Shown here: piece after piece, positions 55,792 to 64,000 of the stretch
Layout: each line of letters opens with the position of its first letter
How positions within the stretch are numbered: the stretch's first letter is position 1
NCBI GenBank assembly: GCA_964632175.1
Contig: CAZWBJ010000003.1
Coordinates: 5,513-69,512, forward strand
From: Candidatus Hadarchaeota archaeon
Lineage (GTDB): Archaea > Hadarchaeota > Hadarchaeia > Hadarchaeales > JAWBSP01
Length of the DNA stretch: 64,000 nt
Direction of reading: 5' to 3'
The notes under the pieces: generated by a model
Told to the model about the DNA's origin: nothing
Seen by the model: only the letters and a program-made list of their open reading frames with translations
The model's database searches: none
Program-made: the position numbers and the translations under genes

Positions 55792-57041
55792 TGGGACAGA
55801 CCCTTGTAGAGAAGATTTTCAGCCGTAGACTGGGTCGTAGCACCTCTGCGGGGGAGATTGTGGTGGCTCCCATCGATCTAGCTATGGGACAGGACGGTAC
55901 GGCCCCCCTCGCCATCAAGGCCTTCAGGGAGATGGGCGCTAGGAAAGTTTTCGATCCCCAAAAAATCGTCTTGGTGATCGACCATGTGGCCCCGAGCACC
56001 TCGGAAGGCACCTCCCAGCTGCATGCACTCATGAGGGAGTTTTCGGCGGAACAGGGATGTAAACTGTACGACGTGGGTTGCGGGATCTGCCATCAAATTC
56101 TTGCCGAAGAGCATGACAGGCCGGGGATGATCATTGTGGGGGCGGATTCCCATTCCTGCACGCACGGAGCCTTCGGGGCCTTCGCTACGGGTATAGGATC
56201 GACCGAACTCGCGTCCGTCATGGCGTCGGGAAAGTTGTGGTTCAAGATCCCTGAATCCATCAAGGTGACCTTTCGCGGGTTGGGGGGAAAGGGCGTCACC
56301 TCAAAGGATCTGGTGCTATACCTTGCCGGCATCCTGAAGGCGGATGGGGCGAATTACATGGCCCTAGAATTTGGTGGGGACGCCATACGGTCGATGAGCA
56401 TGAGCGGCAGGCTGACCATCTGCAACATGGCGGTGGAAATGGGGGCGAAATGCGGATTGATGGAGCCGGACGGAGTAACGGAGGAATATCTCGGTGAGCC
56501 GATCCCCAGGATAGCCCCAGATCCGGGTGCGGTGTACAGGGATGAGCTGGAAATTGAAACGGGAAAGATAGAGCCCCAGGTTGCAAAGCCGCATTCCGTC
56601 GATAACGTGTGTTCTGTCCGGGAGGTGGAGGGGGTGGAGGTTGATCAAGTGTTTTTGGGGAGCTGCACCAACGGAAGGCTTGAGGATTTGGAGGCCGCCG
56701 CCCGCATTCTGAGAGGGAAGAGGGTGAAGGAGGGGGTGAGGATGATAGTGACCCCCGCTTCCAGACGGGTTTTCCTTTCGGCGCTGGAGGAAGGGTTGAT
56801 CGAAATCTTCCTCAAAGCCGGGTGTGTGGTTGGGTCGCCGGGATGCGGGGCATGCATGGGGGGTCATGTAGGAATTCTGGGGCCCGGGGAGGTCTGCATA
56901 TCAACCTCCAACCGTAACTTTCTCGGCAGGATGGGAAGCGAGCAGGCGAAAATATACCTCGCCTCCCCCCTGACAGCGGCAGCTTCTGCGCTGACGGGCA
57001 GGATTACAGATCCGCGGACATTTTTGTCCGGAGGAAGTTGA
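55791..57041 (+). CDS. 3-isopropylmalate dehydratase / homoaconitase large subunit (aconitase family)
   Basis: 416 aa archaeal-type LeuC/HacA with Fe-S ligand Cys residues (GSCTNGR, GCGACMG). ATGA overlap with the synthase. Confidence 0.85.
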   Translation: MGQTLVEKIFSRRLGRSTSAGEIVVAPIDLAMGQDGTAPLAIKAFREMGARKVFDPQKIVLVIDHVAPSTSEGTSQLHALMREFSAEQGCKLYDVGCGICHQILAEEHDRPGMIIVGADSHSCTHGAFGAFATGIGSTELASVMASGKLWFKIPESIKVTFRGLGGKGVTSKDLVLYLAGILKADGANYMALEFGGDAIRSMSMSGRLTICNMAVEMGAKCGLMEPDGVTEEYLGEPIPRIAPDPGAVYRDELEIETGKIEPQVAKPHSVDNVCSVREVEGVEVDQVFLGSCTNGRLEDLEAAARILRGKRVKEGVRMIVTPASRRVFLSALEEGLIEIFLKAGCVVGSPGCGACMGGHVGILGPGEVCISTSNRNFLGRMGSEQAKIYLASPLTAAASALTGRITDPRTFLSGGS

Positions 57042-57042
57042 G

Positions 57043-57552
57043 ATGAGGGGAAGGGTCTGGAAGTTTGGCGACGATATAAATACCGACCTTATCATCTCGG
57101 GTAAGTACAAGTTCAAGACCCTGGATCTGGATGAGCTTTCCAAACATGCCATGGAGGCCTTGGATCCAACCTTCTCTCAGAAAGTGAGGCCGGGGGATTT
57201 CATTGTGGCTGGAAGAAACTTTGGATGCGGCTCCAGCAGGGAGCAGGCCCCCCTCGTGCTGAAACACTTAGGGATAAGCTGCATTTTTGCCAAATCCTTC
57301 GCACGCATTTTCTACCGGAACTGCATAAACATAGGTCTGCCAGTGCTTGAGTCCCCCGAGGCTTACTCAAAAACAGAGGCTGGGGATGAACTGGAAGTGG
57401 AGCTGGATAAGGGTGGGGCGAGGAATCTCACTAGGGGAACCACCTTCACCTTCCACCCCCTCCCAGGATTTCTCCTAAAAATCGTGGAGGACGGCGGTCT
57501 CGTCCAGCATTACAAAAAGAGAGGGAGGTTTGTATGGGAAGACATCGCGTGA
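57043..57552 (+). CDS. 3-isopropylmalate dehydratase / homoaconitase small subunit
   Basis: 169 aa LeuD/HacB ([24 protein letters not shown]). Confidence 0.85.
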   Translation: MRGRVWKFGDDINTDLIISGKYKFKTLDLDELSKHAMEALDPTFSQKVRPGDFIVAGRNFGCGSSREQAPLVLKHLGISCIFAKSFARIFYRNCINIGLPVLESPEAYSKTEAGDELEVELDKGGARNLTRGTTFTFHPLPGFLLKIVEDGGLVQHYKKRGRFVWEDIA

Positions 57553-58610
57553 CTCTCATCAAGGGGGATGGTGTGGGCCCGGAGGTCATTGATGCAGCGG
57601 TCAAGTGTATCGAGGCTACGGGCGTGGACATAGAGTGGGAAGAGGTGGAGGCTGGGGAAGGGGCCATCGCCAAGTACGGCACTCCTTTGCCGGAGGAAAC
57701 CCTTCGATCCATCGAGCGCAACCGCGTCGCGCTCAAGGGGCCCATAACCACCCCCGTGGGCACGGGCTTCAGGAGCGTTAACGTGGCCATAAGGCAGAGG
57801 CTGGATCTCTTCGCCTGCATCCGTCCGTGCAAGCTCTACCCAGGCGTGCGCACGCGCTACACCAACGTCGATTTGGTGGTGGTCAGAGAGGCAACCGAGG
57901 ATCTGTATGCCGGAATAGAGTTCAGGGAGGGCTCCCCGGAGGCGAGGGAGCTGCTGGAGCTACTGAGGAGGAGGGGGGAAGAGATAAGGGAGGACTCCGG
58001 GATTTCTCTCAAGCCCATTTCACGCTCAGCCTCCGATAGGGTGGTGAGGTTCGCCTTCGAGTACGCGAGGAGGAACGGAAGGAGGAAGGTGACGGCGGTG
58101 CACAAGGCCAACATCATGAAGTTCTCGGATGGTCTCTTCTTGGAAGTCGCCAGAAAGGTGGCCCAGGAGTATCCGGACATTTTGTTTGAAGACCGCATCG
58201 TGGACAACATGTGCATGCAGCTGGTCCAGAAGCCAGAACTCTACGATGTGATAGTGACCACAAACCTTTACGGGGATATCCTCTCCGACCTTTGTGCGGG
58301 GCTGGTCGGCGGGCTGGGAGTCGTACCCAGCTGCAACATGGGAGAGAGGGCGGCGGTTTTCGAGCCCATCCACGGGAGTGCCCCCAAGTATGCCGGCCTC
58401 AACAAGGTGAACCCCACGGCCGCCATCCTCTCTGGGGTGATGATGCTGAGGCACCTCGGAGAAAAGGAGGCAGCTGACAGGCTGGAGGCCGCAGTTGCCA
58501 AGGTGATTGCTGAGGGAAAGTACGTCACTTATGACCTCAAGCCGAGCCCGGACGATCCCACAGCCGTTGGAACCAAGGAAATGGCGGAGGCCATAGCGAG
58601 AGAGGTATGA
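57534..58610 (+). CDS. 3-isopropylmalate / homoisocitrate / isocitrate dehydrogenase family
   Basis: GDGVGPEV and NLYGDILSD motifs. 358 aa. Overlaps the small subunit by 19 nt. Confidence 0.85.
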   Translation: MGRHRVTLIKGDGVGPEVIDAAVKCIEATGVDIEWEEVEAGEGAIAKYGTPLPEETLRSIERNRVALKGPITTPVGTGFRSVNVAIRQRLDLFACIRPCKLYPGVRTRYTNVDLVVVREATEDLYAGIEFREGSPEARELLELLRRRGEEIREDSGISLKPISRSASDRVVRFAFEYARRNGRRKVTAVHKANIMKFSDGLFLEVARKVAQEYPDILFEDRIVDNMCMQLVQKPELYDVIVTTNLYGDILSDLCAGLVGGLGVVPSCNMGERAAVFEPIHGSAPKYAGLNKVNPTAAILSGVMMLRHLGEKEAADRLEAAVAKVIAEGKYVTYDLKPSPDDPTAVGTKEMAEAIAREV

Positions 58611-59020
58611 AGCTCTCCAAAACTACCAAGGCCGCTGCTTTCATGTACCTGCTCGCTATTTTTTTCTTGGCCCTAGCCTTTTTCGGATCGCAGGGGAGAG
58701 TTATCGTAGCCATCCGGGGGGATTATAATCTCTCCTTTTTCTTCTGGGGGATGGTAATTCTGCTGTTCGGGTCGGCCTTAGTTTTCTACCGCATCGGTTT
58801 TCAGCGTGGGGAGGGCAAGAACCTTGCGGAAGTCACTCGGTTGCAGGCCGTTCTCGCACAGCGGGAGGCGGAGCTCTCGGAGCGGAACCGGGAGCTGGAT
58901 GAGATCGAGCGGCTAGTCGAGAGGAAGAGTTCCCAGCTTTCCTCCGTGGCGGGAAAACTGGGGGACAGGGAACGCCGGCTCAAGCGAATAAAGGAGATAC
59001 TCGGAGTGGAGGAGAGCTAG
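58607..59020 (+). CDS. Hypothetical membrane protein with C-terminal coiled coil
   Basis: 137 aa, 2-3 TM helices, then [29 protein letters not shown]-coupled to the dehydrogenase. Confidence 0.45.
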   Translation: MKLSKTTKAAAFMYLLAIFFLALAFFGSQGRVIVAIRGDYNLSFFFWGMVILLFGSALVFYRIGFQRGEGKNLAEVTRLQAVLAQREAELSERNRELDEIERLVERKSSQLSSVAGKLGDRERRLKRIKEILGVEES

Positions 59021-60195
59021 CCGGAGAGCAGTGTCCTCATGAACTGCTCCGCCTCCAAGAAGCCGAGTGACCCTTTTTTGCAGCTGAACTCGTCGTAAAC
59101 CAGCCCGTCCCCAGCCTTTCCCGGTCGGTAAATTACCACCGGAACCGGCTCCGCGGTATGGGTTCTCACCCTGACCGGGGTGGGGTGGTCCGGGAGGAAG
59201 GCCACGGTTGCCTCCGGAGCCTCGTCCAAGAGCCTTCCGAGGATTTCCCTGTCAATTTTTTCTATCATTCTCACTTTCACCTCCGCGTTGCCCTCGTGCC
59301 CAGCCTCGTCGGTGGCCTCCACATGGACATAGGCCAGGTCCAGGTTCCTCTCACCGATTGCTTTCAGGGCGTAGGTGGCCTTGGCCTGCAGGTCGGAATC
59401 ATAATAACCCGTGGCACCCGGGACCTCCGGAACCCACATCCCGGTGAGCACACCCGTTCCTTTGATGAGGTAAACCGCGGAGATCATCGCCCCGGTGATG
59501 CCGTACTTCTCCTTAAGAGGTTCCATGTTCGGTTTCCTCCCCTGCCCCCAGAGCCAGATCATGTTGGCAGGCCGCTTGCCCTCCGCCCTCCGCCTCACGT
59601 TTACGGGATGGTTTTCCAAAACCTGCCTTGAGTCCAGCATGAGTTTGTTCAACCTCTCGGCCCACTCGTTGGAGGGGGGACCGAGCAGGTAGGGCGTGAA
59701 TTCCTTCCCCGTGATGTCGTGGGGGGGAGTGTTAAGGAGCTTGTCGTCGCACTCCTCCAGCACGAAGAGGTTTCGGTAGTCCAGACCCAGGTGGAACCTA
59801 CCGAGGGGTGTCCAGCGGTTGAGGGCATCTATCAGCTCCGCGGCCTCCTCCCTAGTTATGTGCCCCGCCGAATAGTCCTCCAGAATCTCCCCCCGGACGG
59901 TGACGAGGTTGCACCTGAAGATCACCCTGCGGTCGAACGGAATCCCCAGTACGGCGGCCTCGAGGGGGCCCCTCCCGGTGTAGTACCTCCGGGGGTCATA
60001 GCCCAAAATTGACATGTTGGCAATATCAGAGCCGGGGTGCATCCCGTCCGGCACGGTTTTGAACACGCCCAGCTTCCCCTTGGAGGACATGTAGTCAAGG
60101 TTGGGCTTGTAGGCCACTTGGAAGGGGGTTTTCCCGCCAAGTTCTGGAAGGGGGTAGTCAGCCGCTCCGTCCGCGACCACGATGAAATATTTCAT
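59017..60195 (-). CDS. apgM: 2,3-bisphosphoglycerate-independent phosphoglycerate mutase, archaeal type
   Basis: MKYFIVVADGAADYPLPELGGKTP is the ApgM signature. The start is taken at the internal Met of the ORF. Confidence 0.85.
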   Translation of the reverse strand: MKYFIVVADGAADYPLPELGGKTPFQVAYKPNLDYMSSKGKLGVFKTVPDGMHPGSDIANMSILGYDPRRYYTGRGPLEAAVLGIPFDRRVIFRCNLVTVRGEILEDYSAGHITREEAAELIDALNRWTPLGRFHLGLDYRNLFVLEECDDKLLNTPPHDITGKEFTPYLLGPPSNEWAERLNKLMLDSRQVLENHPVNVRRRAEGKRPANMIWLWGQGRKPNMEPLKEKYGITGAMISAVYLIKGTGVLTGMWVPEVPGATGYYDSDLQAKATYALKAIGERNLDLAYVHVEATDEAGHEGNAEVKVRMIEKIDREILGRLLDEAPEATVAFLPDHPTPVRVRTHTAEPVPVVIYRPGKAGDGLVYDEFSCKKGSLGFLEAEQFMRTLLSG

Positions 60196-60227
60196 CAATT
60201 CCTCCCCTGAGCGGTAAAAGCTCGAGG

Positions 60228-60629
60228 TTAGGGGCTGTAGACCTGCTGGGGCTCGAACCTCTTTTTCCTGAATACCGCCCACTTCCCCCCACGCAATCGC
60301 CTGAAGAAGCAAGAGTAGTACCCCTTATGGCAGGCAGCCGTTTTCTGCTTCACCTCGTAAACCAGCGCGTCGCCGTCGCAATCGAGCAGAACTCCTTTGA
60401 CCTCTTGGAAGTGCCCGGATGTCTCCCCCTTGAGCCAAAGCTTTCCCCTGCTTCTGCTCCAGTAGTGCATGAGTCCGGTGGTGAGGGTTCGGGTAACGGC
60501 CTCCTGATCTTGGTGGGCGACCATTAGGATTTCCTTGGTTCTCCAGTCCCTAACGACAGCCGTTACCGGCCCCTTGGAGAAGTCGAGTTCCTTCACCAGC
60601 CTCTCCGCCTGGGTTTCCTCCACCTTCAT
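60228..60629 (-). CDS. hisI: Phosphoribosyl-AMP cyclohydrolase
   Basis: WLKGETSGH...CDGDAL...CH motifs. Confidence 0.85.
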   Translation of the reverse strand: MKVEETQAERLVKELDFSKGPVTAVVRDWRTKEILMVAHQDQEAVTRTLTTGLMHYWSRSRGKLWLKGETSGHFQEVKGVLLDCDGDALVYEVKQKTAACHKGYYSCFFRRLRGGKWAVFRKKRFEPQQVYSP

Positions 60630-60642
60630 TTTCTTCCCGGAC

Positions 60643-61902
60643 TCACGACAGCCTCTCCTTCACGCTTCTGGCGTGCCAGGGCAACCCCTCCATCCTCGCC
60701 ATCTCTTCCACCATTCTCGAGATTTTCCTCAGCCCCTCCTTTGAGAGCTGGTGGTAGGGGAGGATCTTCAGAAAATCCAGAACCGTGAGCCCGGACCTGC
60801 TTTTGGTCTTTCCCCCCGTTGGCAGGATGTGACTCGGCCCCAGCACGAAATCGCCGGCTGCGACGGGGGAGTAGGGGCCCAAAAAAATCTCGCCGGCATT
60901 CCTCACCTCCCTCACCCATCTGTTGGGCTGCCGGATCATGAGGACGAGGTGCTCGGGGGCATAGGCATTCGCAAACTCTATCCCTTTTCTCAGGTTCCCC
61001 ACCAGCACGATCCTGCTGTACCTAGAGAAGGAGAGCTTTATGGTTTCGGAGTCCATCCTTTCCTCCAGCATTTTCTTCACCTCCGTTGCCAGTCTTCCGG
61101 AGGGGGTCACGAGGACGGCGGAGGAGTTGGGGTCATGCTCCGCTTGGGCGAGGAGTTCCAAAGCCACGGACTTCGGCGGGGCTGAGTCGTCCGCCAGCAC
61201 CATCACCTCGCTGGGCCCCGCCTCAAAATCCGTCTGGACGTCCGGGGAAACCAGTCTCTTGGCAGCCTGCACGTAGATGTTTCCCGGGCCAACTATCTTG
61301 TCCACCTTGGGGATGGTTTTGGTTCCGTAGGCCATGGCAGCAATCGCCTGCGCTCCTCCCACCTTGAAGACTGCGTCCACCCCCACGATATCCGCCGCCA
61401 CCAGGACATGCGGGTTCACGGCGCCGTTCCTGGGGGGCGTGCACACAAAGATTTCCTCCACGCCGGCCACCCTGGCAGGTATGCCGCCCATGAGGACGGT
61501 GGAGGGGTAGCCCCTCTCCCCACCCGGCACGTAGAGCCCCACCCTTTGGATGGGTCTCATGAGAACTCCCGTTGTACTCCCGTTAAAGATCTCGATTTTC
61601 CACTCCTTCGTGAGCGTCTTCTCGTGGAACTTCTCGAGGAGTCTTGCCGCCCTCCGCAGGACCCTCACGGCGCTCTCCCCGATCTTCTCGTATGCCTCCA
61701 CGATCTCCTTGTCGCTGACCCGCAGGGATTTCAGTTTGCTGTGGTCCAGTTCCCTCTCAAGCTGGAAGAGGGCCCTGTCCCCCTCCCTCTTCACTTTTTC
61801 CACTATTTTCCTCACGGCTGGGAGTACCGCCTCAATGTCCCTTTCCGACCTCGTGAGAAGGTTCTTGTAGTTGGCCTGCGTGAGACGAACTATCTCAACC
61901 AT
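60643..61902 (-). CDS. hisD: Histidinol dehydrogenase
   Basis: 419 aa HisD fold with Zn-binding His and Asp residues. Confidence 0.9.
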   Translation of the reverse strand: MVEIVRLTQANYKNLLTRSERDIEAVLPAVRKIVEKVKREGDRALFQLERELDHSKLKSLRVSDKEIVEAYEKIGESAVRVLRRAARLLEKFHEKTLTKEWKIEIFNGSTTGVLMRPIQRVGLYVPGGERGYPSTVLMGGIPARVAGVEEIFVCTPPRNGAVNPHVLVAADIVGVDAVFKVGGAQAIAAMAYGTKTIPKVDKIVGPGNIYVQAAKRLVSPDVQTDFEAGPSEVMVLADDSAPPKSVALELLAQAEHDPNSSAVLVTPSGRLATEVKKMLEERMDSETIKLSFSRYSRIVLVGNLRKGIEFANAYAPEHLVLMIRQPNRWVREVRNAGEIFLGPYSPVAAGDFVLGPSHILPTGGKTKSRSGLTVLDFLKILPYHQLSKEGLRKISRMVEEMARMEGLPWHARSVKERLS

Positions 61903-62470
61903 TTAAGGTACCCTTTGTGCTCGGGATTCCACCCCCGCGCAAGCTCCAGGCCCGGGACAGAGCGATCCCCAGCGCCTTGAAGGCGGCCTCGACTTTGTGG
62001 TGGTCCTCCCCCTCCTGCATGACCCAGACGTGAAGGGTGAGTCTCCCGCTCGAGGAGAGGGTCCTCAGGAGGTGCGGAATCATCCCCGTTTCCAGATCCT
62101 CGACCTTTTTCTGGGAAAATTTCAGATTGCTCGCGAAGTGCGGTCTCCCGCTCAAATCCAGTGCCACCAGAATCAGGACCTCGTCCATGGGCACCACCGC
62201 CTCGCCGAACCTAGAAATGTCGCTCTTCTCGCCCAGAGCCTTGAGCATCGCCTCCCCGAACGTGATAAATACGTCCTCCGCCACGTGATGCTTCAGATCC
62301 CCGCATGCCTTCACCTCCAGATCGAACCTCCCATGTCTGGCCATTGTTTCCAGCATGTGGTCGAGGAAGGAGATACCCGTGGAGATCTTGCTCCTCCCCA
62401 GCCCGTCAAGCTTCAACTTCACGCTCACGGAAGTTTCCCTCGTTTCCCTCGCGCACGAAGCCTCTCTCAT
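61895..62470 (-). CDS. hisB: Imidazoleglycerol-phosphate dehydratase
   Basis: GISFLDHMLE, DLEVKACGDLKHHVAED motifs. Confidence 0.9.
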   Translation of the reverse strand: MREASCARETRETSVSVKLKLDGLGRSKISTGISFLDHMLETMARHGRFDLEVKACGDLKHHVAEDVFITFGEAMLKALGEKSDISRFGEAVVPMDEVLILVALDLSGRPHFASNLKFSQKKVEDLETGMIPHLLRTLSSSGRLTLHVWVMQEGEDHHKVEAAFKALGIALSRAWSLRGGGIPSTKGTLNG

Positions 62471-63177
62471 CCCGCCACCTCCAAAGCCCCCTTTAAGGTG
62501 AATTTCCCCTCATAAAGGGCCATCCCCACCACCACGCCGGCCACACCCACTCGCTTGGCCGCCTGAATGTCTGCAAGGGTAGAAATCCCACCCGACAGGA
62601 ACACTGGGGTCTTAAGCGCGGATGCCAGCTTTCCGGCGGTCTCCAGCCTCGGGCCCTCCATCCTTCCCTCGACCTCCACCTCGGTGTAGAGGAAGGAACC
62701 CACCCCCATTCTCTCAAACCTCAGCGCCAGCTCCAGGGGGTCGCACTCGGTTTTCTCCGTCCAGCCCCTCTTCACGACTTTTCCCCCCTTCGAGTCTAGG
62801 GCGACCATCACCTTTCCCCCACCGGCCAGCTTGACGAGCTTTTCCACCACTTCTGGCTCCTCCACTGCTGCAGTTCCTAGGATTACCCTCTCGGCCCCCA
62901 GCTCCAGAAGCTTGAGGGCCCGCTCAACGGTGCGTATTCCACCCCCGACCTGCGCATTTACATCCGTGCGGCGGAGGATCTCGGCGAGAGAGCGAAGGTT
63001 GTCGCCGATCCCCAGCGTGGCATCCAGATCCACGAGATGGAGCCAGGAGGCCCCCTCCTCCTGCCACTTGAGGGCGAATTCCACCGGATCCCCATAGACC
63101 TTCCCCGTTCCTGGCTTCCCGCCCACCCACTGGACGCACTTTCCCCGGTATATGTCGATGGAGGGGAGGACCAGCAT
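62467..63177 (-). CDS. hisA: ProFAR isomerase (HisA)
   Basis: PSIDIYRGKCV, LHLVDLD and ALYEGKFTLK support a (beta/alpha)8 HisA. Confidence 0.85.
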   Translation of the reverse strand: MLVLPSIDIYRGKCVQWVGGKPGTGKVYGDPVEFALKWQEEGASWLHLVDLDATLGIGDNLRSLAEILRRTDVNAQVGGGIRTVERALKLLELGAERVILGTAAVEEPEVVEKLVKLAGGGKVMVALDSKGGKVVKRGWTEKTECDPLELALRFERMGVGSFLYTEVEVEGRMEGPRLETAGKLASALKTPVFLSGGISTLADIQAAKRVGVAGVVVGMALYEGKFTLKGALEVAG

Positions 63178-64000
63178 CTAGGGAACTACTCGCTCGATGG
63201 GGAGCACGAGGATGTCCCTCGCCCCAGCCTGCTTGGAGAGCCTGATCACCTTGTACACCTCACCCTCCTCGACCACGGCTTGAACGGCCACCATGGGCAC
63301 CGGTCCTTCCACCCTTGAGACGGTGGGGCCGGCCATCCCGGGCATGATGCGTTTGATTTCCTCCAGCTTCTCCTCGGGAACGTTCATCACGACCAGTTTC
63401 TTTCCCCTGGCCCGAACCACGCTTTCTAGGGCTAGCTTGATTCCCTCTATCTTTTCCCCCTTGGTCCTCAGACTCGTCCGGTTGGCGATGAGCCTGGCGG
63501 TGCTCTCGAGGATCACATCCACCACCTTCAGGCCGTGCACGCGCAGGGTGGACCCCGTTTCCACCACATCCGCGATGAGGTCTGCAACACCGATGAGGGG
63601 GGAGATTTCAGCCGCGCCCGTCACCCTTATGAGTTTCACTTCTATTCCCCTCTCCCTGAAGTATCCGAGGGCCAGGTTGGGGAATTCCGTGGCCACCCTG
63701 AGCCCCGGTCGGAGGTCGGCGGGGCTGGAGATCCCCGAGGAGGCGGGGGCCGCGAGAACCATGCGGGTACAGCCGAACTTGAGGTCGAGCAGCTCTACCA
63801 CGTCGGCCTTCCTCTCGCAAACAAGATCGTGCCCGGTTATCCCCAGATCGGTGGAACCCCCCGCCACAAAATCTGGGATGTCCTCCGCCCTCACAAAGAC
63901 CAGTTCAATCTCGGGATCGTTGGTTTTGGCGAACAGCTCCTTCCCCCCTCCCCCGATCACCCCGATTCCGGAGTCCTGCAGGAGTCGGATGCTCTCCCCC
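63178..64000 (-). CDS. hisG: ATP phosphoribosyltransferase, partial (N-terminus lies beyond the window end)
   Basis: DLGITGHDLVCE is the HisG signature. The reading frame stays open through position 64000 (…GESIRLLQDSGIG upstream of the track start). Confidence 0.85.
   Translation of the reverse strand, partial: GESIRLLQDSGIGVIGGGGKELFAKTNDPEIELVFVRAEDIPDFVAGGSTDLGITGHDLVCERKADVVELLDLKFGCTRMVLAAPASSGISSPADLRPGLRVATEFPNLALGYFRERGIEVKLIRVTGAAEISPLIGVADLIADVVETGSTLRVHGLKVVDVILESTARLIANRTSLRTKGEKIEGIKLALESVVRARGKKLVVMNVPEEKLEEIKRIMPGMAGPTVSRVEGPVPMVAVQAVVEEGEVYKVIRLSKQAGARDILVLPIERVVP

Noticed and set aside
60181-60195. Perfect palindrome ATGAAATATTTCAT at the apgM start
   Set aside because: It is probably a coincidental consequence of the MKYFI N-terminal codons. 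There is no flanking repeat or operator-like context.

Overview
This 64-kb window reads as high-GC (about 60%) archaeal core chromosome, most likely a hyperthermophilic methanogen of the Methanopyrus type. The evidence is archaeal-specific genes (class I LysRS, Pth2, archease, TFE, RpoN, prefoldin, L32e/L19e/L18e/S4e, ApgM) and an F420 biosynthesis set (cofD, cofH, cofG, cofC). It is densely packed with genes, many translationally coupled by ATGA or TAATG overlaps, and TTG/GTG starts are frequent.

Content from start to end:
- argG (C-terminal part), argC, argJ and a DUF504-like small ORF coupled to argJ.
- A metallo-beta-lactamase-fold hydrolase and tRNA-Gly(GCC).
- An HD phosphohydrolase.
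- A glycan-type module: GT4 glycosyltransferase, two paralogous NAD-dependent epimerase/dehydratase genes flanking a tungsten-type aldehyde:ferredoxin oxidoreductase, small membrane proteins and a GH2 glycosidase.
- cofD, cofH, cofG, cofC.
- A transglutaminase-like exported protein, hflX, tfe and an HD-domain protein.
- A truncated ribosomal-protein cluster (S4e, L5, S14, S8, L6, L32e, L19e, L18) that ends at ilvE.
- A PdeM-like metallophosphoesterase and an FAD-dependent dehydrogenase.
- L18e, L13, S9, rpoN and acylphosphatase.
- Three tandem CBS-domain proteins, rpiA and tRNA-Met(CAT).
- A 580-bp ORF-free low-GC island.
- Geranylgeranyl reductase, a membrane polyproline/zinc-ribbon protein and pth2.
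- A frameshifted antitoxin-like small gene.
- thiL, pheS, pheT, a DHPS-like gene, archease and tRNA-Ser(GCT).
- A CDF transporter, SRP (7S) RNA, a site-2 protease, a nucleotidyltransferase with a membrane partner, class I lysS, a MarC-family protein and a radical SAM enzyme.
- Small unannotated zinc-ribbon and hypothetical ORFs, and a CPBP protease.
- pfdA and ftsY.
- An IPMS/HCS-family synthase followed by LeuC-like, LeuD-like and LeuB-like genes.
- apgM, and a his operon (hisG partial, hisA, hisB, hisD, hisI).

I found no CRISPR array, restriction-modification system or obvious intact mobile element. The most unusual loci are the sugar/AOR module, the low-GC island next to tRNA-Met, the orphan frameshifted antitoxin-like gene, the divergent synthase heading the LeuCDB-like cluster, and several small zinc-ribbon or membrane proteins below the 60-aa cutoff of the ORF track.
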